IMG/VR virus record: IMGVR_UViG_3300026549_000069 | Coordinates: 12,424 to 76,423 of that record | Origin: a virus | Taxonomy: Duplodnaviria > Caudoviricetes | DNA: 64,000 nucleotides | Reading direction: 5' to 3' (one strand) | Part shown: in pieces, positions 11,246 through 21,391 of the stretch | Position numbering within the stretch: position 1 is the first letter of the stretch | Layout of the letters: each line of letters begins with the position of its first letter | Notes under the pieces: model-generated | What the model saw: the letters and a program-made list of their open reading frames with translations, nothing else | What the model was told of the DNA's origin: nothing | Databases searched by the model: none | Program-made: the position numbers and the translations under genes

Positions 11246-11499
11246 TTCGTACCGACAAAGTACAACACTTTGCTATTTGTGCTATAGCGGCGATGTGCAT
11301 GATGATTCTTATGCGAATCATTTGCACATTGCCCGCTGTGGCATTTGTTTCGGCCGCCATGTCATCAATAGCACTTGGTGTTGGGAAAGAATATGGTGAC
11401 CACTGTAATCCTTATAGCAATTGGGATTGGTATGATTTGCTGGCAGACACAATCGGAGCATTGGTTGGTTCTGCCATTGGGTTGGTTCTTTGGGCTTAA
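11242..11499 (+). CDS. Membrane protein (DKxxH...KE...D type, VanZ-like), holin candidate
   Basis: DKVQHF, GVGKEYGD, DLLADTIG motifs with hydrophobic helices. Confidence 0.5.
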   Translation: MIRTDKVQHFAICAIAAMCMMILMRIICTLPAVAFVSAAMSSIALGVGKEYGDHCNPYSNWDWYDLLADTIGALVGSAIGLVLWA

Positions 11500-11510
11500 T
11501 TTACATTGCT

Positions 11511-11978
11511 ATGAAATACTTTACAATATATGAATTGACAAAATCAAGCACGGCAGAAAGGCTGAATATAAACAACACGCCAAATTCATCAATCCGTGCT
11601 AATTTAATCGCTTTGATTGAAAAGGTGCTAGACCCATTGCGTGAAAAGTGGGGTATGCCGATTATTGTGACTAGCGGCTATCGCTGCGATGCGCTTAATC
11701 GTGCTGTTGGCGGAGCGACAAATAGCCAACATAGAAATGGCGAGGCAGCGGACATAAGAACCGTAAGCGATTCAAGGGAGGATAATATGAAACTCTTGAA
11801 ATGCCTATTGCGTTCAGGTATCATCTTTGACCAAGTGATTTGTGAATATCCAGATGCGCAAGGTCGCCCAGATTGGATTCATGTTTCATTCAAGCGCAAT
11901 GGTATGAACAGGAAAAGCAAGATAACTGCAAACAGGATTGGCGGGAAAACTTATTACACCAATGGAATCGTTGTCTAG
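11511..11978 (+). CDS. Endolysin, peptidase M15A family
   Basis: TSGYRC...SQH...AAD...WIHVS zinc-peptidase motifs; start reassigned to ATG 11511 (MKYFTIYEL). Confidence 0.9.
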   Translation: MKYFTIYELTKSSTAERLNINNTPNSSIRANLIALIEKVLDPLREKWGMPIIVTSGYRCDALNRAVGGATNSQHRNGEAADIRTVSDSREDNMKLLKCLLRSGIIFDQVICEYPDAQGRPDWIHVSFKRNGMNRKSKITANRIGGKTYYTNGIVV

Positions 11979-12411
11979 ATTTACCATAGTCGCATTTATC
12001 GTCATTGCGTTGCTGGGTTGCAAAACAAGACGCATTGTACAAGAAGTGCCGATAGAAATCCACGACACAACATATAGGTCAATCATACAAACAAGGATTG
12101 ATACATTGTGGAAGATGGACTCTATTAGCATTATTGATACGATGTGGATTGATACCAGCACAATAGCAACACTAGGAATGCCAGTATTGCGCCATAATCG
12201 CACCACAAGCGCACTTTCAAACCAAGGTAAGGTAAGTAATACAAATAGGGTAGACACGTTCTTACAAGTCAAGGAAATCCCTAAAATTATAAAACAAAAA
12301 GAATATATAGAAGTTGAAAAGCCCTTATATTGGTGGCAAAAGGCATTGATGTGGATTGGCGGCATTTCTTTGGTCATTTTGTTCGCTATTTTTATCTATA
12401 AATTGAAATAA
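11962..12411 (+). CDS. Unimolecular spanin-like lipoprotein
   Basis: Lipobox LLGC after signal peptide plus C-terminal TM helix; follows endolysin. Confidence 0.75.
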   Translation: MESLSRFTIVAFIVIALLGCKTRRIVQEVPIEIHDTTYRSIIQTRIDTLWKMDSISIIDTMWIDTSTIATLGMPVLRHNRTTSALSNQGKVSNTNRVDTFLQVKEIPKIIKQKEYIEVEKPLYWWQKALMWIGGISLVILFAIFIYKLK

Positions 12412-12480
12412 TAATATTACTTTTGCATACACGTTCACTCTTAACAGAAAGGGGGTAAGATTTTTTTCATGACACATTAG

Positions 12481-12514
12481 TGCCACTTGTTCGGGAGAAT
12501 AGGTGGCATTTATT
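12481..12514 (+). terminator. Intrinsic terminator
   Basis: tgccac-ttgttc-GGGA-gaatag-gtggca hairpin then T-rich tail. Confidence 0.6.
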
Positions 12515-12667
12515 ATATACTTTGCAAGCATATTGGAAAGCAAATGGACTTGAAAAGGTACATTGTTTAAGTAGGTTTTAGGGGTAGTAAATTTGTCAAG
12601 CAATAAGTTGCAACGTATTGCGAAACTAATAAACTTATTTTGTTAAACTCTTAATCTACTTAAAATT

Positions 12668-13600
12668 ATGGCAGAAATTTATCAATTGCCCGATAATGGT
12701 GGAAACAACAACGGAGTAAGCGGTATTCCGTTCTCTATCCCCATTGGCGGATTTGGCGGTAACGGCCTATTTGGTGGTAATGGTAATGGCTTTAACAGCA
12801 TTGCTGACTTGTTTGGCCTTGCAATCATTGCATCTATGTTTGGATGGGGTGGCAATGGCTTTGGTGGAAACTGGGGCGGTGGCAATGGTGCTGCTGGATT
12901 CCTTGCCAATCAGATGAACAACGATAGCGGTCGTGAACTTATCATGAATGCTATCACGAACCAAGGCGAAGCATCACGCACGGCCATCCAGACTTTGAGT
13001 ACGATGCTTGGTCAGGACTTTAACCTTGTCAATGCTGGCATTCAGAGCGCACAGAACACGCTGAACCAGATTGCAAACAATCAAGGCATGTCTACCTTGC
13101 AGATGATTAATGCCGTACAGGCTGGTGATGCTAACGTAATTAGCACATTGCAGAGTTGCTGCTGTCAGACACAGAAACAGATTATGGAACAAGGTTACCA
13201 GTCACAGATTGCAACCCTCAACCAGACCAACCAACTTGGCTCACAAGCAGACCGCAACACCAACTCTTTGCTGAATGCTATCAACGCACAGACCGTTGCT
13301 ATGAACGACCAGTTCTGCGCAGCCCGTGAACGTGATATGCAGGCCAAGATTGACACGCAGGCCGACATCATTACCCAACTCCGAGGTCAGATTGACAACG
13401 CCAATCAAACCGCTCAGATTACGGGTTATGTTAATTCCCTGATTGCTCCATTGCAGGCAAAGGTTACGGAGATTGCCGATAAGCAACTTCCGACTGTACC
13501 AGTTCAATGGCCACAGATTCAGGCTGTGAATACCACACCTTACTTGGGTGGTTTCAATGGCTTCTACGGCAACGGTTTCGGTGGCAACGTAGTATTTTAA
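12668..13600 (+). CDS. Gly/Asn/Gln-rich protein with CCC motif, unknown function
   Basis: 310 aa; GN-rich N-terminus, one hydrophobic helix, QSCCCQ, Q/N-rich coiled region. Confidence 0.85.
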   Translation: MAEIYQLPDNGGNNNGVSGIPFSIPIGGFGGNGLFGGNGNGFNSIADLFGLAIIASMFGWGGNGFGGNWGGGNGAAGFLANQMNNDSGRELIMNAITNQGEASRTAIQTLSTMLGQDFNLVNAGIQSAQNTLNQIANNQGMSTLQMINAVQAGDANVISTLQSCCCQTQKQIMEQGYQSQIATLNQTNQLGSQADRNTNSLLNAINAQTVAMNDQFCAARERDMQAKIDTQADIITQLRGQIDNANQTAQITGYVNSLIAPLQAKVTEIADKQLPTVPVQWPQIQAVNTTPYLGGFNGFYGNGFGGNVVF

Positions 13601-13625
13601 TAATTAGCGGATAGGAGGTAAAAGT

Positions 13626-13964
13626 ATGAATTGTTGTTCATGTAATGTCACAACGAATGCAGGTGGTGTTCCGTATATTAGTAATACAAATGTGACCGTT
13701 GGAACAGATGCAGTTGATATTGCACTTGGTTTTAGACGCATTCAACCAATAGGCTATTTTACTGTTAGGATGGCAAATGCGATACCTGCCGATGCAACGA
13801 CAACATTGCCAGTAACATTAACAATGAATGGTACTACAAGAGCACTCACATTGCCAAATGGAACTGCTGCAACCGTTGCAGACTTGGCGGACACAAATGT
13901 ATTCTTGGTGTTCAATGACCGTTTTAATGGCATTCTTGCATTGATGTCTAGAACCATTGTGTAA
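13626..13964 (+). CDS. Small beta-rich protein, unknown function
   Basis: 112 aa, Thr/Val-rich, N-terminal CCSC. Confidence 0.75.
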   Translation: MNCCSCNVTTNAGGVPYISNTNVTVGTDAVDIALGFRRIQPIGYFTVRMANAIPADATTTLPVTLTMNGTTRALTLPNGTAATVADLADTNVFLVFNDRFNGILALMSRTIV

Positions 13965-14005
13965 ATCAACTAACAAAGTAAATCATCATTTAAAAATAAA
14001 CAACT

Positions 14006-14527
14006 ATGGATTTTAATAGTCTTGGTAACGGCAATCCGTTTTATGTATTGCGAAAAGGCGAAAAGCCAATTCTGGAAATTGGCGTTGTGAAATCAAAAAC
14101 ACAACCAAGGGCAGAATTTCCTACGCAGACACCAAACATAATGGTTGGTGTGCAAATGCAGCAAGTGATAGATATTGTCGCAACCATCAATGGTCGTGAC
14201 GAAACATTCACAAACCTGCCTGTGAATATTGAGATTGCCGCTAGGGGCAATAATACGTTTAGTGGAAGCAGGGAGGCAATGTTGCAAGCTGTTGATGCGA
14301 TGTTGCAAACATCAAAGAAAGCGATTGAGCAAATTCCATATCACAAGTCGGTGATTGCTGAAAGCGAAAAGATGCTTGAAACACTAAATCCGCGATATGC
14401 AGAGGAAAAGAAACAAGCTAGAACCATTAAAGCATTAGAAGAAAGACAGAGTGCTACAGATGCGAAATTGGACAGCATTCTTTCTATCTTGCAAAAACTT
14501 GATTCGCCGACACCAAGTTCTATTTAA
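14006..14527 (+). CDS. Hypothetical protein with C-terminal coiled coil
   Basis: 173 aa ORF, A-rich start. Confidence 0.75.
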   Translation: MDFNSLGNGNPFYVLRKGEKPILEIGVVKSKTQPRAEFPTQTPNIMVGVQMQQVIDIVATINGRDETFTNLPVNIEIAARGNNTFSGSREAMLQAVDAMLQTSKKAIEQIPYHKSVIAESEKMLETLNPRYAEEKKQARTIKALEERQSATDAKLDSILSILQKLDSPTPSSI

Positions 14528-14554
14528 TAATCCACTAAAAAAACAACTACAACT

Positions 14555-14776
14555 ATGGGATGGATTTTTGTTGACAAAGACAGCGAACAAAGTCAGATGC
14601 GCCAGCAAATGCGTCGCAATATGCGTGGTGGCGGTAGCTATCGTGACGGTGGCAATTATCGTGATGAATACGAGCGTGGCTATCGTCAGGGCTATAAGCA
14701 CGGCTGGGAGGACTACGAAATGGACGATGAGGAGAACTATCGTCGCCAGCGTGACAGCCGTGGGCGTTTTGTGTAA
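14555..14776 (+). CDS. Small R/G/Y/D-rich low-complexity protein
   Basis: 73 aa; YRDGG repeats, ends RRQRDSRGRFV. Confidence 0.75.
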   Translation: MGWIFVDKDSEQSQMRQQMRRNMRGGGSYRDGGNYRDEYERGYRQGYKHGWEDYEMDDEENYRRQRDSRGRFV

Positions 14777-14797
14777 TTAGATTTTGTTGTTTCCAAG

Positions 14798-14830
14798 GTT
14801 GGGTGGTTCTTTGTAATCACCCAACATTTT
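14798..14830 (+). terminator. Intrinsic terminator
   Basis: gttgggtg/cacccaac stem followed by attttt. Confidence 0.65.
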
Positions 14831-14847
14831 TAAATTAAATCAAAGAT

Positions 14848-15246
14848 ATGAAATACTATATTTCCGAAGGTGAAGCGATGTATATGGACGAGAATCACGG
14901 CTTATTCAGCAAACGATTGGCAGAATGGGCTATCAGTAATATGGAAATGAAAGACCCGTCCACACACGAAATGAAATCGATTAAAGCACCGACAATCGAA
15001 GAAACAAAGGACTTGCTAGAGAAAAACAAGATAGAATTGCCGCAAGAGTTCTTATACACTGCATGGTATTTATACGCAATGGCAATGGCTGACTATCCAA
15101 AGACACTGAAAACAGAAGAACAAAAGGCAACGTTCATAGAGGAAACGCTTTGTGACCCTGACGGTATGCCTGAAAATGTTCTTGCTTGTTTTGTGGCCAA
15201 AATGTGTAATGCAGAAATTCCTATCTTTTGGGAAAAATATCTATAG
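14848..15246 (+). CDS. Hypothetical protein
   Basis: 132 aa ORF. Confidence 0.7.
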   Translation: MKYYISEGEAMYMDENHGLFSKRLAEWAISNMEMKDPSTHEMKSIKAPTIEETKDLLEKNKIELPQEFLYTAWYLYAMAMADYPKTLKTEEQKATFIEETLCDPDGMPENVLACFVAKMCNAEIPIFWEKYL

Positions 15247-15249
15247 CCT

Positions 15250-15636
15250 ATGACAACGAAATACATCGACGTTGGTGATGGCAAGTGGGGAATTTTGCTA
15301 TGCTACGACTATTATCTGTTGGATTATGATGATATGTGGGCGATAATGCGTGCATTCGGAATGTCAAACCAAAAGTCAAACGAGGCACTAAAAGTTTTAG
15401 GCGGCTTGAATAGCGGTATGACAATTTCCAACGATTCGATTAGGATGTCTGCCGTGTTCATAAGTGACACAACAAGCGAAAGCGAATGGTGGAACACCTT
15501 GAATCACGAATTATTGCACGTTGTCACAGCGATAATAGATTATTATGGCGAACCATATTATGGCGAACCAGCTGCGTATCTGCAAGGACACTTGATGAAA
15601 AAGATTGTTGAAAAAGTTGGTTCGCCTTGCAAATAA
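15250..15636 (+). CDS. HExxH zinc-metalloprotease-like protein
   Basis: NHELLHVV motif plus downstream GEPAAY. Confidence 0.6.
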   Translation: MTTKYIDVGDGKWGILLCYDYYLLDYDDMWAIMRAFGMSNQKSNEALKVLGGLNSGMTISNDSIRMSAVFISDTTSESEWWNTLNHELLHVVTAIIDYYGEPYYGEPAAYLQGHLMKKIVEKVGSPCK

Positions 15637-15637
15637 G

Positions 15638-15720
15638 GCATTTTAAGCGACTTTTATTCACTGAATGTGCAATTACTCACCTTGACAAAGAAATAGCCGT
15701 ACAAAGCAAAAGAAATGCTT
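15638..15720. repeat. Dispersed ~85-bp element, copy A
   Basis: gcattttaagcgactttt matches 57161-57178 at 17/18 nt; second motif 54 nt downstream. Confidence 0.6.
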
Positions 15721-15730
15721 ATACGGCTAT
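15693..15730. terminator. Hairpin at convergence of + and - operons
   Basis: atagccgta/tacggctat stem with inner aagca/tgctt. Confidence 0.55.
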
Positions 15731-15757
15731 CCTACAACAATAGCAACAGTAACAATC

Positions 15758-16381
15758 TTAAAGTTTACTTATTTCAGGGTAGAATCTATCATCATCGTCA
15801 GACCAAATATATTTCTGCCCACAATGTTCGCAAATGCATGATAAGCCCTTGTATGCACTGATTTCGTGATTGCAATTATTACACATTGCATTATATGGTT
15901 CATGCACTTGTATGAAATGTCGCTGGAAATCCGTAGAACTTGCATCATCTGGCAAATACGGTTGGTACATACGCAAAAGGTCAACAAGTTCTTTAACCGA
16001 TGCGCCTGATGGGTCATCAATTCGGTCACGCAAGAATGACGCAAGCACCTTTTTGACATCACTGCTTGTAAGTTCTATGTCATCCAAATGCAATGCTGCA
16101 TCTTGTATCGCTTTTTTGTTCCTGTATTCAAGCTCTTCTTTCAGTTTGACAATGTGTTGTTGTTGCAATAATGATGATGACAACTTTGCACAGTTGTTGA
16201 AAAAATCCTTTTCGCTTTCCGTATCTTTAACCCTTTGGTATTCGTCTTGGGAAAAAGATAAGGCATAGGCTATAGTCGGTCGTTCGCCTATTACAACAAG
16301 TAATGTAAAGACATATTCTTGTTGGGTGAAAAACACACCACGGGCATTGAGTGTGGACTCTATATCTCGGAATTGCATCAT
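15758..16381 (-). CDS. Hypothetical protein with C-terminal Zn ribbon
   Basis: 207 aa; CNNC...CEHC. Confidence 0.6.
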   Translation of the reverse strand: MMQFRDIESTLNARGVFFTQQEYVFTLLVVIGERPTIAYALSFSQDEYQRVKDTESEKDFFNNCAKLSSSLLQQQHIVKLKEELEYRNKKAIQDAALHLDDIELTSSDVKKVLASFLRDRIDDPSGASVKELVDLLRMYQPYLPDDASSTDFQRHFIQVHEPYNAMCNNCNHEISAYKGLSCICEHCGQKYIWSDDDDRFYPEISKL

Positions 16382-16905
16382 AGGTTCTTTCGTCTTGCGT
16401 ATTCACACAACAATGTTGCGTCAACCTTGTTATCGTCAATATTCTTTGCCCTTTCGCTTTTTCTGAAATCCATAGTAGGGAATAGCCGCTTGGCACAATT
16501 TATTGATGTCTGTTTCGTGTTCACCTCTTTCTTGCTTACTTGTTTCCCTTTTATTGTCACAGTTTTGTATGTGACAACCATATCGCTATTTCCCCACATT
16601 TCTTTCTGCCATTCTTTGGGTGCTACAAGTGTATAGGGAATCTTGTTGGCGGCAAGTAAGCCAATTAAATATCCTTTGTTAAAACCAAACTGGAATGTTG
16701 ACTTTGCGCTACTTCCATATATCGCGTGGACATCTTCTATAGCACAAGAAATCCTATTGTTGTTTGCCCGTATGTTGGAGAATAATTTGCTTAATTGATA
16801 TAAGTCGCAATCTGCAATGCTAACATGCGACCATTCGCCGTCAATTTGTATGGCAACATATCCTTTTGCACCGACATCTATTCCTATATAGCATTTATCA
16901 TTCAT
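16378..16905 (-). CDS. RuvC-like Holliday junction resolvase
   Basis: YIGIDVG, AIEDV, PKEWQK, VDATLL acidic motifs. Confidence 0.85.
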   Translation of the reverse strand: MNDKCYIGIDVGAKGYVAIQIDGEWSHVSIADCDLYQLSKLFSNIRANNNRISCAIEDVHAIYGSSAKSTFQFGFNKGYLIGLLAANKIPYTLVAPKEWQKEMWGNSDMVVTYKTVTIKGKQVSKKEVNTKQTSINCAKRLFPTMDFRKSERAKNIDDNKVDATLLCEYARRKNL

Positions 16906-17120
16906 AGTCCTTGCAATGTTTCGTCAATATCTTTTAACCTTTCCGTAATCGCATTGTTTACGCTTGCCACGATTGAAATGTCCGTCAGCTTATATTTCAT
17001 ATTGGTGTTTGGGTTATAGACTTGCAATTCGCACCCGCTAGACAAGCAATGAAAAGCATGACGTAATATTTTCCTTTCCTCGCCCAATTCCATCACCTTG
17101 TCAATATTTGATACATTCAT
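16902..17120 (-). CDS. Hypothetical protein
   Basis: 72 aa, coupled overlaps. Confidence 0.6.
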   Translation of the reverse strand: MNVSNIDKVMELGEERKILRHAFHCLSSGCELQVYNPNTNMKYKLTDISIVASVNNAITERLKDIDETLQGL

Positions 17121-17518
17121 GCTGGTCTTTCTTTAATTTCCAACTTAACTTTATTCTTAAACCCGCGCGGAACAAGCATTGAAATGGAGATAGAATTGTC
17201 AATTTCAATCTTTCTTGACAAGCCTAGTCTTTCGACAATCTCATCCCATCGAGATTTCCACATAGCATCTGTTGTTATGCTGTTTAAAATTCGCACTATG
17301 GCCAATCCAACACCAGCTGCTGTGAACTTGTAGCCATTAAAAGCCGTTTCAATTGCAATCTGCTCGTTTGTATACCCATTAGCTTTGCGCAATGAATACC
17401 AAAACAGCCCCCGTATTTGCGGCACTGGAACAGTCCTTTTTGTTGACAAAACAACAGCCTTGTCAGCACCACAGACCTCGCAAACCACATCTAATATCTT
17501 TTCTGTACTTTCACGCAT
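17117..17518 (-). CDS. DnaA C-terminal-like HTH protein
   Basis: ILDVVCEVCG...VLSTKR...RGLFWY...TNEQIA resembles DnaA domain IV. Confidence 0.55.
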   Translation of the reverse strand: MRESTEKILDVVCEVCGADKAVVLSTKRTVPVPQIRGLFWYSLRKANGYTNEQIAIETAFNGYKFTAAGVGLAIVRILNSITTDAMWKSRWDEIVERLGLSRKIEIDNSISISMLVPRGFKNKVKLEIKERPA

Positions 17519-17909
17519 TGTTTATTTCTTTAAGTCTATTTACAATCTTTTGTTCACTTTCTGGCAATCTATCAACATAGATGTCAATCCTTTTATTGTT
17601 TGTCGCAGACCACATACAAACTATAGAATACTTGAATTTAAAAAAAACAAATTCACCACGATATGATGTTTTTCCGTTGTTGACCTGTCTTTTCAGATAC
17701 ACATCAAACACAGGTGTTGGTGTTCTTGAATAGTATGCGCCCTTTTCAAAATCATATTCAAGTATCTTTTTCCGCTTAATCCAAAGCCATGATTTGCCTT
17801 TGTCTTTAAAAAGCAAACCAACAACAGGCGAAATGTCAACGCCATCTATAGACAGTTCGCCGACATATTCGCCTTTTGACAATTCGATATAGCCTACACC
17901 GTTATTCAT
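17511..17909 (-). CDS. Hypothetical protein
   Basis: 132 aa, coupled overlaps. Confidence 0.6.
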   Translation of the reverse strand: MNNGVGYIELSKGEYVGELSIDGVDISPVVGLLFKDKGKSWLWIKRKKILEYDFEKGAYYSRTPTPVFDVYLKRQVNNGKTSYRGEFVFFKFKYSIVCMWSATNNKRIDIYVDRLPESEQKIVNRLKEINNA

Positions 17910-19018
17910 TCAACCAACATTGGCATCACCAAAGCTAAAACATTATCATCATTTGGATATATCAAGGCAGCACGATTCGATTTACTCATCATAATACGAA
18001 TATCCTCTGATTGGAAATTTGACAAGATTGTTTGCAATGACGATGCGTTAAAGCCGATTGTAAAATCGTCACCACTATAAGCGCAATCCACATTTTCTGT
18101 TGATGACATATTGTAATCCAAATCTTGCGTTGTCATTTCAACCATTGTCGGTGTAAAATGCAACCGAACGACTGGCGAAGTAGTAGGGGCGAACAAGATA
18201 ATTCGTGCCAACGAATCAAGGAAATCCTTGCGATTGATTGTGGCTGTTTTGTCGTTGTTTGTCGGAATCACCTTTTCGTATGCCGGGAAACGACCATTGA
18301 TTTGCCTAAATACGATTTCAAAACGCTCGTCAAGTTTAATCTTAACAATACTGCCATCATTGTAAATCGCAATATCATCATCACTATTGACCTGCTCAAT
18401 GAATGAACGGATAATTGTCGCAGCTTTAGCTGGAACAATAATAGGTTGCATCGCAGAACAGTCACCGATATTTACTTTTTCGCAAATCATCATTCTTGTG
18501 TCTGTTGCGACACCGGTGTAACCATTTGCATTGAAATCAAAATACACACCAGTTAATGTAGGGTGCAAGGCATCATTGCTAACCGCATAAGAAACGCTAG
18601 CGAGCGTGTTGCTGATATGTCCGACCTTTGTCATCAACATTGTGTGGTCAGGCTTAACTTCAGTAACAGGAAATTCATCGCCATTTAAATAAGACAAATT
18701 AAACTTACCTTTCTTATGCTTGCCATTCAATGTGGCATTACCGTCAAGTTCGATGGCCAATTCTCCATTAATGCCAGAAACAATTTGCGAAAATTTCTTG
18801 GCATTCACGCAGAACTTAAACTCGCCATCGCTGGAAACAATGGGCAATGATACATTCACAAGCACTTCGTTGTCAAATGCTGTCAATGTCATTTTTGAAC
18901 CACCTGAAACGGTTATCAAGAAATTATCAAGAATCGAAATTAGATTCTTCGATGAAACGACACGTTCAGCCTTTCGCAATGTGGCGGCAATTTCATTTGG
19001 ATTAATTGTTAATTTCAT
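17906..19018 (-). CDS. dnaN: DNA polymerase III beta sliding clamp
   Basis: 370 aa; LTGVYF, VATD, INGRFPAYEKVIP, IGFNA, ALVMPM motifs. Confidence 0.92.
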   Translation of the reverse strand: MKLTINPNEIAATLRKAERVVSSKNLISILDNFLITVSGGSKMTLTAFDNEVLVNVSLPIVSSDGEFKFCVNAKKFSQIVSGINGELAIELDGNATLNGKHKKGKFNLSYLNGDEFPVTEVKPDHTMLMTKVGHISNTLASVSYAVSNDALHPTLTGVYFDFNANGYTGVATDTRMMICEKVNIGDCSAMQPIIVPAKAATIIRSFIEQVNSDDDIAIYNDGSIVKIKLDERFEIVFRQINGRFPAYEKVIPTNNDKTATINRKDFLDSLARIILFAPTTSPVVRLHFTPTMVEMTTQDLDYNMSSTENVDCAYSGDDFTIGFNASSLQTILSNFQSEDIRIMMSKSNRAALIYPNDDNVLALVMPMLVE

Positions 19019-19048
19019 AGTTCTTTTTGTTTAGAAAATTATTTATTG

Positions 19049-19079
19049 CAAAGTTACTACATTATTTTTATATGGCAAA
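19049..19079 (-). promoter_or_regulatory. Bacteroidota sigma-A type promoter
   Basis: TTTG-N19-TAACTTTG on minus strand. Confidence 0.7.
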
Positions 19080-19089
19080 GAAATTTCAA

Positions 19090-21174
19090 TTAAAATGGCG
19101 CAGAATTTTGCTGCACAAATTCAAAATCATCATTGGCTACCTGCTGTTGTGATTGGGTTGGTTGCGGTTCTACGATTTGAACTTGCGTATATGTCGGCCT
19201 CCAAGAATAGACAACATTTTCATATTCGCTATTCTTGAACCGCCTGCTCTCTTGCTCATAGTACATACCAACCATCAAGTCTGCAACACCATACATACGA
19301 TTCTTTTCTACGGCAATCACATTCCCAAATGATTCATATCTTGCTGCATTTTGCGTACCGAAAAACTCACGAATGGCATGCAAAAAATCCTCGTTAACCC
19401 TATGTATGATGAATACGTTGTCTACTGCATTGGTTAGGTCGCTCGTTCCGCTAATGTCATTCTTGCGCAAGAAAGTCATCACCTTTCTAGGATGGGCGAC
19501 GAGAATAATATGCACTTGATTCTTTTTAGCAAATTCCTTGATTTGCAATATTAGTTCTTTCTGCTTATTGTTCTTGTCACCATCAAACAAGTCTATATCT
19601 AGCGAAAACAAGTTATCAAGAGCGAACACCTTGACACCTACTTTGAGCAATTCCTCCATATCGTTGAATATCTGCTCCCACTTTGTGCCGTATTCGTTAT
19701 TGTAAATGAAAAACTTACCGTCAAGCCATTGGTCTATTTGTTCGCCTATGTGGTTCGGAACATAATATTTGCCCTCGTTGATTTTTGACGGAGTTAAGTT
19801 TTCTTTCCCAGCAGCGACCATTTGAATCCATGTCTTTAGTATGTCAGACCTTAATTCTCCTGACCACAATGCAATCTTTTTCCCTTGCTGAACTATATTT
19901 AACAACAATGTATTCAACCAAGAAGATTTGCCGCTGGCATTACTTCCAGAAAGCATCGTAACCTCCGACATGTGCAATCCGACAATCTTTTGGTCAAGTT
20001 CGAAAAATCCAGTCTTTACACTTTCGATTTGCGACAGGTCAACTTTCTTAATATCGGACATACAAAGCCACTTGTTGCCTAGTTCTGGCAATTCATCCTT
20101 TATTTGGTATTTTTGCTTTTGTGGCGCATATCTTTGATATGGTTGTTGCGGTTGATATTGCGGCTTACTATAGGCATCTGGCTCGTAGTGTAAACGAAAA
20201 TCATGCCATGTTTTTCCTTTGCAATGACTATGTGTGCAATTGAACGTAATTTTCCCTTGTGGGTCAACAAACAACGCACTATCCCATTTCTTTCGGTCGC
20301 TATGTGAATCTATCCACGGGCAAGATTCAAGTTCATACAATGTAGATGTACCACTTTTCTTTTCACGATATACAATACCATGCTCATTCAACCAAGTAGG
20401 CAAATCAAATCTTTGACCACCATAGTAATTCCTGTTCGGCAAAACCTTTGGCTCTTCTTTTGGCGCAAGGTCGGCAAGTGCCTTAATTTTTTCAAGTGGG
20501 GTTGGGGTTATTTCTTTTGGTATGTAAACAATCTTTGATTGTCGCCATGGATTAGAAGGGAGATTCGCACCTTTTTTTGCGTATGTTGAATACAATTTTG
20601 TAAGTCTTGCTCTTGTATATACGGATGTGTCGAAATCTACCTTATCATCGGAAAAAACACCATTCAAGTAAGAATAGAAATCTTTTATAATTTTATCGCT
20701 TTCTTCGTTACATTGAATATCTACACACACAAGTATATGCCAACCATTCCCAGATATAGCGACAACCATATCAGAAAAACCTTTTTCTTTAAGGAAACGA
20801 AAAACATCTTGCGCTTTCTTGTGAGCCAATTCAAATTGTTCATCGGTGCTATTTGTTTGTGAAACACGAACAGGGTCAAAATCCAATAAAAGGAATTTTC
20901 GACTAATTATATTACTGTCATTTGTTGTTGCTTTCGGAGATTTTAAGAACTTTTCGCATTGAGGACGAGCGTAACAATCAGATGATATTTCGTTCATGAC
21001 GAAATATATTTGTTCATCGTCCATATTGGTATATGGTTCAAGTTGCGCACAAAGATTTTCGAAAGATTTAAAATACCCACTATATTGAAATCTGCCCAAT
21101 ATGCGAACTTCTGTAAAACCATTATCGCCAACAAACAAATCCCATGTTTTTTTTAGTTCTATCTTGTCAATCAT
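19090..21174 (-). CDS. AEP primase - SF4 (Twinkle/T7 gp4-like) helicase fusion
   Basis: N-term LLLDFD/SGNGWH/RLTKLY; C-term GSNASGKSS Walker A, VAHPRK, ISGTSDL; start reassigned to 21174. Confidence 0.85.
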   Translation of the reverse strand: MIDKIELKKTWDLFVGDNGFTEVRILGRFQYSGYFKSFENLCAQLEPYTNMDDEQIYFVMNEISSDCYARPQCEKFLKSPKATTNDSNIISRKFLLLDFDPVRVSQTNSTDEQFELAHKKAQDVFRFLKEKGFSDMVVAISGNGWHILVCVDIQCNEESDKIIKDFYSYLNGVFSDDKVDFDTSVYTRARLTKLYSTYAKKGANLPSNPWRQSKIVYIPKEITPTPLEKIKALADLAPKEEPKVLPNRNYYGGQRFDLPTWLNEHGIVYREKKSGTSTLYELESCPWIDSHSDRKKWDSALFVDPQGKITFNCTHSHCKGKTWHDFRLHYEPDAYSKPQYQPQQPYQRYAPQKQKYQIKDELPELGNKWLCMSDIKKVDLSQIESVKTGFFELDQKIVGLHMSEVTMLSGSNASGKSSWLNTLLLNIVQQGKKIALWSGELRSDILKTWIQMVAAGKENLTPSKINEGKYYVPNHIGEQIDQWLDGKFFIYNNEYGTKWEQIFNDMEELLKVGVKVFALDNLFSLDIDLFDGDKNNKQKELILQIKEFAKKNQVHIILVAHPRKVMTFLRKNDISGTSDLTNAVDNVFIIHRVNEDFLHAIREFFGTQNAARYESFGNVIAVEKNRMYGVADLMVGMYYEQESRRFKNSEYENVVYSWRPTYTQVQIVEPQPTQSQQQVANDDFEFVQQNSAPF

Positions 21175-21391
21175 TGTTTTTGTATTTCCAAATAAATCCA
21201 ACATAACTTTTTTTGCTCCCACTATTTAACAATTTATGCGCAACAAGAACCTCATTACCACAATCACATACACATTTATAAACCCTATGATAAGTATTTC
21301 TTGAAGATTGGGAACTTTTTTCAAGGATTTGTTCTACAACTACAAGTTTACCAAACCTGTCACCAACATTAATGTTTTTTCTTTTAGCCAT
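21167..21391 (-). pseudogene. Remnant of homing-endonuclease-associated DNA-binding domains
   Basis: GDRFGKLVV...CVCDCGN joined directly to NUMOD1-like KSYVGFIWKY; no nuclease domain. Confidence 0.55.
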
